A stretch of 64,000 nt of DNA from Carcharhinus longimanus. Its lineage: Eukaryota. The position numbers were made by a program, and so were the translations under genes. Positions 51,977 through 64,000 of the stretch are shown here, in pieces (positions within the stretch are counted from its first letter, which is position 1; each line of letters opens with the position of its first letter). Below the pieces are notes generated by a model that saw nothing but the letters and a program-made list of their open reading frames with translations, was not told where the DNA came from and searched no databases. The stretch is taken from contig JASCQW010000081.1 of assembly GCA_030264375.1 (NCBI GenBank), positions 40,326,246-40,390,245 on the forward strand, in the 5' to 3' direction.

Positions 51977-54900
51977 TTTGTCTCCCTTCTGAGAAATCTT
52001 TTGATCTAAATTTAATTTTTTGAAGTAATCATTCAAAATACAAGAACTATCGCTGTTGTGAACTGTGACAGCAGCCATATTGGACGCAGCCTGGAACAAT
52101 CTGTTCATCCATTTAATAGTACTAAGTTACAATTACCCTAAATCATCAAAAACAATCACTCCATGGCCCAACTTGTGACAGCACAATGAAGTATTTAGGA
52201 AGAATATGCAAAATATCGACAAAGTAAAACTTTGTTACATTAACTGTAAAATCAAAGCACTAGTTTTCTGAATTAAAAGAACAAATATTAAATTGTCAGT
52301 ACTGTCATCAGCAATGCCAATCTGTTTACACATTAACCAGAAAGTTCAGAGACATCCGTTTCCAAGGATGCATTTTGTGGCACTAATTACAGCTCGTTGA
52401 AACTTACATCCTTTACAACAGAGCTTATGAGAAAGTACTAAGATTCAAAAAGATGTTGGGGTAAAGAGCTAATCTGGATACAGAAGTGAAATTAAAACCA
52501 GTTTCACAAATCGGGGTCTTTTTTTTCTCTTTAAAACACCCTGCTTGAAGGCTGTTTAAGATGTTAATAACTCTTCCTCTAATAACACTGAGTGACTGCC
52601 ACAGTTCAAAGTTTTTCTTTTCAGTTCTTTGTGTAGAAAGCACTGCTGCTATTTGGCTTGGTCATTAACATATTTGGCAAAAATGTTAAATTAACAAACC
52701 AATGCCAAATTCTAGCATGGTCTGGATGCAGCATCCTGACAAATATTCTACAACTTAATGTTTTTGTCCATTTTATCTTCCAGTTATTGCTCCATTGGAG
52801 TTTGCAATCTGCTTGAGTACAGAACTGATTTTTTTCTATAGTAAGTTCCTGTATTGCTCTATCGGTCTCTATTGGAAATGTATCAGGTGAATATGATGAA
52901 CATCAGCAAGGACAGCAATGATATTTACAATATACGTACTTCACCTGTCTGATTTACATCTGCATCTTTAGTCAAAGGAAGGAATTTAAAATATTTTCTA
53001 TTCCGTGTGGCAGACAATCAAGTGTTAGCTCTGAGATCAAACGCACGCGGTTTTAGTTCAACACTGTATTTGGAACCAAAAAATATATTAAAAAAATACT
53101 TCAGATCTTTACTGCCATTTGTGAAAATGTCAAAGTTATTTTAATGGATAACTCTAAAGCTAACCACTATGAAACACCAAAAGCCACGGGAGCAGGCCTG
53201 CATACTTCAAAAGCCTAGATTTAACCACAGAAGACAATGGCTAACAAAAAGTATTACTTTCATCCTACCCACATCTTTCTGACTACAAAGAGCACTCCCA
53301 ATGACTATACTCTATTGGCTTTTGCTATGCAGGAATAATCAGCTACAGTAACATTTAGCAGCTGAACACTGGAAGCACTCCTGGTGTTGAGGGACATAGA
53401 AAAAAAACAGGCACAATCACGCAGCTGTTCAATAAAGCTCTTGCGGTTTCACTGGACTAATTCTTTTTATCATTTGCATAAAGTTGGTCATAAATCTGTG
53501 TTCCTCATGTTGAGAATTGAGCATGTTCAGGAGAGCTGGTGCTCTGCTAAGTCGAAACCTTCAAACTTCATTTTTTTGCTGAAGAGTGCTGTCTGTGGTT
53601 CAGAACTATACTTGCTCGTGAAAAATTTTACTCCGACACAATAGTTTTGTGTTTTTATTTTAGAAGAGAAAGTTAAATGATGAGTTTAAAAAGTAGTGCC
53701 CATTGTTTAATCCACAACTATTGAGTTTTAATTCCCTTGATGTCGTCCGTACGAGTAGCCCAAGGACACAAGCAAGAGTAATGCTTGTGATTTTTCTGTT
53801 CCACAGTGCAAGAAGGATACTTTTCTACAGCATTCCCCCTGGGACCGGGTTGAATTATTTTGAAGCGATGACCCTTGTCAGACATCAGCAAAGGAGTGAT
53901 TTCCATTCCCAATCGCTGGGGGGTGGGATTCAAACACCACTGTCCAAGCCAACAGCTTGGCCTTAGTACACCAACATACTCCTGGAACAGCACTACAGAT
54001 TCAATGGACATTGCCAAGTTTAATTGTATCTTTCGCCACAGTCCCACCTCCCACCCATAACCAACAGCTACCCTACCTCCATTTCCCACTGGCCTAGTCT
54101 GAAAACTTGCTTTTTTTTAAACGTAAAGTTTTCCTATTGCTTAATCTTTACCAGGAGTAATCCAGTGGTTTCAAAGCACTCAGTGTGGCTTGTTTTCGTG
54201 AACTAATGGAGTGAATCGTTAATTAAGTTATTTTAACAACATCTGATATGGCCTCAATGTTCGAAAGCATTAATGAAAATGCCATGATTTCTGCATTTGT
54301 CACAACCTTGGAAAATAGTGCAATTACTGATCTTAAGCAAATGGTGAATGATGGACCAAGGACATGATTATGATATTAAGAGAAGAAAAACATATTAAAC
54401 TTTCTGTAATCCTCGTTGGGAGTATATTAATTGCTAATTCTTGGTTAGACCACAAGATGGAGCAACTAACAGATATGGCTCCCCCATGTAATAAAGGGTG
54501 GATGAGGTGTGGGGAGCTGGTGATGTAGGGTGGGGAAAAGCAGTAGTCATTTCTCATCAGCTGATTGTACATTTTCCTTTTCAACGACCATAGGGGATTC
54601 CAGTCCCCTATATGCTGGAGAAAGCATGATAGAAGAGGATTACAGCAATCAGGAATGATGGAAAAATCAAAAGACAAGTGAAGAGAGCACGAAAGAGAAT
54701 GGTAATTGGAGCAGTGATAATATGTCCCAGTTTAATAAATACTCAATTTGGTGCATGTAAGAAAGCGAATGATATAAGGAAACTCAAAAGTTGATATATC
54801 AATCCTTGATCTACTTTGACAAAGTGAGTTAGTAAAAATGAGGTCCATTTGGACGGCTGATGCAGAAATTATCCTGACCTTCCATGCTACCTGCTATTTA

Positions 54901-57900
54901 ATTGCAGGGTACACGTTACACTGACTGATTCTGAATGCCAATTATTGCTGTATTTTTTTCCTCCTCTGGAGTGTCAACATTTAGCAAATCCAAAAGCTTC
55001 AAGCCATATTGTTCTCACCAGCATTTACAGCATGACTACCTAGAACTTCTGTTTGTCAGGAAAGGATCGAGAGAGTTTTAAAAAAGATGGCAGTGCATTT
55101 GGTCACACAAAAGCATAAAGTCAGGATTGCCAATGCAAGAACACGTCACTGCAACCAACTCATTTAAAGAGAACAAAAATGCGTTCCCATTACAAAAATC
55201 TTTGTTTCAAATACTGCCTTCATAACAAAAAAAAGTAACCTTTCAGCATTTAGCATTATATTTATGACCTTTAACCAGCAAAGGGTTGCCTACTTTTTTT
55301 GTTAAACTATTTGAATGGGCGTCATGAAGATTGTCAGATGTTAATAGTAGGCCCGTTAATAGTATTGAAATTTATTAATATCCATTTGTACCAACATGTA
55401 GCTGTGCAAAATTTGATAAAAAATTCTCATTTCTTCACAGCACAAAATTAGATATTTAATAAGCTGACGTCAATGGAAAGAAATTACAAGAACATTTGTA
55501 ATCATAATTTTTTCCCTATTTATTATTGCTGTACCTTTCTTTAAAACAAGTAAAACTATGATTCCTGGAGAGATCATTAAGAGAACTGGTAACGAGGAGT
55601 TACTGATTGAGAAAATTGACGTTATCTAATCCTATAGCCATTCACTCAGTGTACTGCACTCATTGTTTCAGCTTAGTTGTGTGGATTAATACAATTCCAA
55701 CCTTCTCACATTGCAACCACTTACTTGAGAAGCTCATCAAGCAACTACTGCTTACCTAAAATAACAGAACTATGTAAAAGAAAATAAATAATCAAAAAAG
55801 GGTGTTAGACATTTAATTATTTTCAACAATACAACCTTTCAGAAGGGCGGTAAGGGGGAAACAATTCTTTTAAAATATCCCATCTCCAAGGGAACTCTAC
55901 ACTGTAAGATTTTGATCTTTTTTAAATTAAGAAAATCAAAGCTTTCTTTTAAAAGGTGCTCAAGGTCCATGAGAGACCAAAGAGCGGAGATTTTAACTCC
56001 ATAAAAAGAAACAGTATCCATTTTGCAGTCTTACAAGGAATACATTTAATACCAGTCAGCCATCATGTAGACGCACTTTAGAGTTCTCGAGACTTCTAAT
56101 AAAAGTCAATCAAAGCAGATAATGGCAAAACTGTATTTTACTGCCCCATAACAATATACTTGAAAAAACATTAAAAGATGATTTTGTTAAGGAATTGTTG
56201 TTTAGTTTTTTTTGAAAGAGCTTGTTTAGTTTGATCTTTATTAGTTTTGAATAACAATTGCCAACAGCAAAGCAAAAGAGATACGGTCGAAAAGAAAGTC
56301 TACAAAGCAATTTCTCACTTTGTTCTCCTTATTTCACTCTTTTGTTCATTCCAGTAGTTTTTTTTAATCCAGCAAGAGGATTTCCAAATTAGCTGCCATG
56401 CGTGGGTGTACAGGCTAACCAGACATAATCTTCAGAAAGTGGGTCAGCCTGAAGCAGCAGAAGGCGTGTCAGGTGAATAAAGTTTCAACATGTTGGACAT
56501 AGGACAGTTTGGCACAGGCTACCTTTCAGGACAGAGTTCAAAGCCAAGGAATTTAGTTATACTGAAAGAAGCATCTGCACCATTTGTTCAATTAACACCT
56601 ATGCGCCCACAACCATCACACTGCCGCCCGCAAACCCCCCCCCCCCACCCCCAAACACACACAACGCTGACACAAATCCATGCATGCAAACTCTGACAAT
56701 AAAAAAGGAAACAAAAATAAATTAAACTGGTCCATTAAGCAAGACAAATTGTATCTTATATTGTTGGACTAAACTGGTGGAACTTTATAAACAAATTAAT
56801 TAAACATGTTCTATTTCATGTATATCATCCACTCCCAAAGGACCAATACTTCCGTAGTAGATTTAGTCATACAGGTTGACACATTATATTACAAAACTGC
56901 ATTCACTTAAAGACCATTTTGTAAAACATTGTATATAAAGTGAAATTGAAATACAACAAAAAAAGTTTGCAATGCAACAACTGGTTTTAAAAAAACTACT
57001 GCTAAAGTTTGAAGAGTTAATGAACGGTCTTCAGTTAAAAAAATTAAAACTGATAGCTTCCAAATACTGACAATGACACCCAGTCATTAGCTGGGCCTGT
57101 AACAAGCAGCAGAAGCAGACTACAGCCGATGTCAAAATATGCACCAATCCAAATCACTGGGCTCTCCCAGCAGTGAAGCCAAGGTTCTAACCAAGTGAAA
57201 TGTTCAGCCCTGCTGTGTGCTGCACTGACCACAACAAAGATTGTGGTTTCTACCACACTCACCCTAAATAGCTGAAAATTATTGTTATTCATCGTGGCAT
57301 GGGAAGAAAGGGAAATCTAAAACTGCTGCCATACAAAAGTGGTGGAAATTGCCCTTGTGATATTTAAAGCTTTGTTACCACTAGATAAAACCTGTGGCTG
57401 GTGATGGCTTACACACGAAGGATCTTTACAAGTCTAGCAATTTGCATTTGTGGATTTTTTTTAAATCAAATGTTCTTCTTCATTGCAATTTCCTGGAATT
57501 ATATCAGGAGTTTGAGATTAACTGTAAATAATGATATTAAAGTTCTGTAGTTCAGAAATTTTAAAGTTTAAAAAGTTTATTCCAGCATATAGTTTTTTTA
57601 AATGAATTACTGGATTACTTAAATATTAATTATATCTCATCTAAAAAGAGGTAAATTGATGTGAAATTTGCACAGTATTTTCTTATAAATAACACAATGG
57701 TATCACTGTCACTTTAAGTGAGATGATTTATAAATCATGCATAAGGGATCACAAAAAAAAAGCACTGGAAAAGACTCGATAGTATATCTAACTTGTCCTA
57801 TGCCTCACTCACTACCTCCCTCATATTTTTAACCATTCCACATTCTCTGCGTCAATACGTTAAACCTAAACTGTTGGTACTCCTTTTAAACCTGAGCCTG

Positions 57901-58816
57901 CACATCACAAGGCCCCTGGATTTACAGTTTGTAGTAACATCTAACATATTCAGTATAGATTTATATGTATTTATACATAAGGATCGTGTGAATAGTTGAG
58001 CAGAGGTTTCTCTGTCTACTTAATTTTCACTGTCCCTAATAACTCAAGACAGCTTATTTTGGTAGTCCAGACAGCAGTATCTTCAGTCCTGAGGCCCTTC
58101 AATGTAATCAATGTTTATGGACTATCAGAATGCTACTTTAAATGTGATGAGATGGGGCAGAAATACTACCTAGAAATACTTTCAGGACTTCCGTCTGAAC
58201 ATTATAATCTAGCTTTTCGGATCTGCATATTTTAACACAGTGGTAATGCATAAAACAGCACTGATCAGAAATTCTATGTTAACGTCCTTTTTAAAAATAA
58301 CTGATGCAATGAGCAACACATTCACGTTCTGCAAAAAGTTCAGCAACAGGATGGTTAATTGACTCAGTAAGAAAAACGTTGTTACTTAATTAAAAGAATA
58401 GCTTGTTAATCTTTGTTCCAGTTTGCAGATCTTACTAGTGGTCTTCTTGGGAAAGAACTTGATGGGCTATATCAGAGCAACATTTTGTCAAATTCGTACC
58501 AAACACTCCACTAAACTGAATTATAGCGAAAGTAATTGTCCACATTTATTGATCAAATCTTTTTTTAAAATGTTCCACAAGCATTGGAGTTCAAACTACA
58601 CCTTTCTTTTGGATTACTTTATTCCACTTGTTGGGGGGAAAAAAAAGGGGAAAAGTGGGGAGGTAAGAAGTTTCTAAAGGAATTTCTAAATGAAAACCAG
58701 CCAATGTTTGCATCTAAATTCTCATTCCACTTAAACTTGACTGTGAAGGATTCCCTTAACTCTTGGACTCTATTTCAACCCAGTTTCCCTTGCCACAAAC
58801 TGTTTGCATAGGCAGT

Positions 58817-58989
58817 GGGTCACAACAATACTAACAAGCTGAAGACAGCGTTCGCATGAGTGCCCACTAATAAGCAAAGATCACCGTTTATCTAAGAGGT
58901 CAAATGCCTGGTGGCTGAGGTCATGACCTAAACAACTTAAGTCATGACCCTTACACGTGCCTGGACTGATGCCATTCTGACTTGGGTCA
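58817..58989. promoter_or_regulatory. Candidate nuclear-receptor response element cluster
   Basis: Perfect AGGTCATGACCT at 58918-58929 plus further RGGTCA-type half-sites at 58817, 58897, 58939/58945 and 58978/58984. Confidence 0.45.
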
Positions 58990-61939
58990 GTTGCTAATCA
59001 TACACGCTATAAATTAGATCGTGCCTCACACTTCTTCAAAAGAATGTTTGCCTTCCTCCAATGCACTATCATTCTAGGTTGTCACTTGATGGCTGTGTGG
59101 GGCATTGGACTGACAAAGCGAATCAATGGGTACAAAGAGCTTGTCTATTAACTAGCAAACTAAATGAAAAGATAACTGGATCATTTAGGACTGTTCAATC
59201 TACTTCATTAATGCGTTTTAATTCTCTAGTTTTGCCGAAAGGGCATTTCAAAAACTACTCAGTCATGTTAAGAACGTAGTGAGCACTATCTTACATTTTG
59301 TCATTTCAAACTTTTAAAATCAGAATTATTTTCATCTTGGTAAAATGGATTTGATGGTTATGTTTTCAGCTATCAATGGCCCTGCATGATCACAATGCCC
59401 TGTTTTATCTAAACACTAATTGCTAACATTGCTGATAATTTTCAACTATTACCCCTCATAACCTTACCAAGTACCACAATTCTGAGATAATCTGAATTAC
59501 ATAAAAAATGTAAAACGTTTATTCCCTAGCTCTTGTGCTGTGATCATTATTTCATTTCCACACTTCTTCCACAAAGGGGGTTCTGTAGAAAATGTTTTGA
59601 AAGTTGGCCTGTTCGTCAATAACTAATCATCTAACATGCTAAACAAATAGAAACTCAGGACAGGTGGCTCAACATTCATCATTGGTGCTTACCACGTTAT
59701 GGATCCTTGGAACAATCCTAACTTAAATCGACTAAAAACAAACAAGCCCTGCATTCAGATTCTAACAAATTGTGAAGTAAAAATTGTAACGGTGCATGTC
59801 AATGGACAAACAATAAAATCAAAATGCATTATTGATCAGGGTTTCACATATTTGTTAAAAAAGAATACTCCCAATACAGAAATGCCATGTGTGTTTCCAA
59901 CAACCACTCAGTTTGAACAACTACAATATGTCTATTAATAATATTCAGAGTAAAATATTTCCACACTTGACACTGTTGCTTATTGTCAGTAATTAGCTGC
60001 CTTGGTTTTTTGCAGCTTTGTGTTATTTTCAAAAAGGCTGAAGCATTGCTGAATGGTTATTTAAATTTATTTAGACAAAAGATTTAGAGAGATTATTTAA
60101 CCACTGTTGAGCACTTGTTGAGAAGTTCAATTATTTACACCAAGTATCATAACTGAAAGCATCCCTTTTCAATTTTAGAAGAAAACTGTTTGATTTAGTG
60201 AAAGAAACCTAGCAGCGTTATATTCGGTGCTCCCTAAAACATGGCGCTTCAGATCAGACTACAGGAAAGAGTCGAGCGTCAGCGAAAAAAAAAGTGGCCA
60301 CGTATTCCCATGTTGGCTTTGGCATGTTGGACAAAGCACTTTTTAGAGTTCATGCTTTCTGCCAACACTGGCAGCTGCTCAGTCCATTGAAAACTCCTGA
60401 ACCTTCCAAGCAGGCCAAAAATGGATCCAGTAGATTTTCTGCACAAAACTTTCAGTAAGCATCCAATTTAAAAATACGTATTTTTTTAAGCACTGCGTAC
60501 ATTTTGTTCCACTTATTTCAATGAACATGCGAGTACACTATATTTACGGGATTATACATTTTTGTGCTTTGTGTTTAATCCTGATCTGTCCATCTCTCTT
60601 CGCTTCATAGTTTCAATAAAAAGTAGCATGCAATATGGGGAGCGTAATAGAATTTACTTTCCAACGTATTTTGACTGCTTTGGCATGTCAACCTTTAGTG
60701 GTTATCGCTTGTGTTATTTCCAGAGCCAATGGTCACAAAGCTGACTCAAGTTTCTAATCTGCTAAAGCACTGAAGGCTTAGGATAAACAAAAGTACCAAA
60801 GGTGGCAGTAACAATCAAAAAAAAATTCCAAAACGCAAATTGTTTCAGAAAAAAATACAAGTAGTTAACTGTAAAGGATTATTTTTTAAAAAAGTGACAA
60901 GAACAAAACTCGCTTGGTACTTTTTCCAAAAGTTTGATATTGTGAAGATCAGCGATTTGCAGTGATAGGTTTGCAACAGGAGTAAAGTGCAAGGCTTTGG
61001 CATTGTATAACACCAGTTCATGTTAAAAGTGACAAAGAAAAGCACTAAAGCTCTAAATGAATCAGGCGGCTGAATCATTTCCTGCGTTTATTTTATTCAT
61101 GACCTGTGTTCTCACGATGTACCTGTAAATATAAGAATTTCTAAAAAGGATCTTTATCAATGAAGCTGACATAGAAAGATAACATGCTGGATTACTTTGC
61201 CACTGTAACAGTGTGTGGATTCCAGAGTTTGACACTTTACTTGGGCAGCAGACAATTTGCAGCACAAGTCTCCCTTAAATTCTTAGTTGCAGATTGCCAC
61301 AGTTACACTCAAGCTGGCACAACTCTTGCGCCAACACCTTGGGGCACCAGTTGACCCCAATTTTCAAACCAATGGTCAGTCTTTTTCAGTTGTATGTACT
61401 TTGCTTTGTATATTACACAGCCCCACCTAAATTGATTGCAGTGATATTTTTAAACCATAAACAAAATATACTTCCTGTAGGAATTTTCATCTTCCATTGT
61501 AGGCTGTGAAGGATGGGAGAGGGAAAGAAAGAGAGAATACTGATTTGATCCTAAAGAAAAATTCTATCATGAAGGGCATGAGAAACACAGCTGGAAAGTT
61601 AACCACAGTTTTCAGATCAAGCCTGTTATGACCATTTGTCCTTCTTTTACAAGAAAAAGCAAATTCTTGTTTAAAATGGCAAACTGTTTTNNNNNNNNNN
61701 NNNNNNNNNNNNNNNNNNNNNNNNNNNNNNNNNNNNNNNNNNNNNNNNNNNNNNNNNNNNNNNNNNNNNNNNNNNNNNNNNNNNNNNNNNTTAAAATGAC
61801 AAACTGTTTTACCAACTTTAGGCTGCTCTTTGCAACAGTAAAGTTGCTAGATTAGCTATAGGAGCATGCAGTAGAAATTTACCTTTACAGAAAAGTATAC
61901 ACACAAGACAACCATCGCACAAGGTTAAATTTAAGCTGA

Positions 61940-61987
61940 GGACACATGCAACATAACTGTTTCACAAGAACTAAGATCAAGTTTATT
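61940..61987 (-). terminator. Candidate intronic polyadenylation signal just downstream of exon 2
   Basis: AATAAA at 61987-61982, starting 8 nt after an in-frame TAG (61998-61996), followed by a GU-rich tract (gttatgttgcatgtgt). Confidence 0.35.
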
Positions 61988-61998
61988 TTTCAAAACTA

Positions 61999-64000
<2,002 letters not shown>

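Overview
This is AT-rich vertebrate genomic DNA, almost certainly from a shark or ray, judging by its repeats (HE1/V-SINEs, DeuSINE remnants, CR1 and L2 LINEs, Penelope). The only well-supported coding sequence is the 532-bp exon 2 (DNA-binding/dimerisation domain) of Nuclear Factor I A (NFIA), on the minus strand at 62565-62034. Bases 62566-64000 are the upstream intron. Bases 1-62033 are the proximal 62 kb of the large intron 2; I did not find exon 3. Other listed ORFs are TE fragments, N-gap artefacts or chance frames. The most interesting signals are possible alternative processing of NFIA: (i) read-through of the exon-2 donor to a stop followed closely by AATAAA and a GU-rich tract (a DBD-only isoform, like NFI-B3), (ii) a candidate internal first exon at about 17.1 kb in phase with exon 3 (a DBD-less isoform), and (iii) a candidate 142-nt stop-containing cassette. 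I also found a dense nuclear-receptor half-site cluster with a perfect AGGTCATGACCT, a 14-bp inverted repeat upstream of exon 2, a Penelope copy with inverted ends and a TSD, a solo LTR, MITE-like families, nested insertions and gap-flanking assembly duplications. Family assignments come from recalled motifs, not database searches, and repeat boundaries are approximate unless a TSD is quoted.
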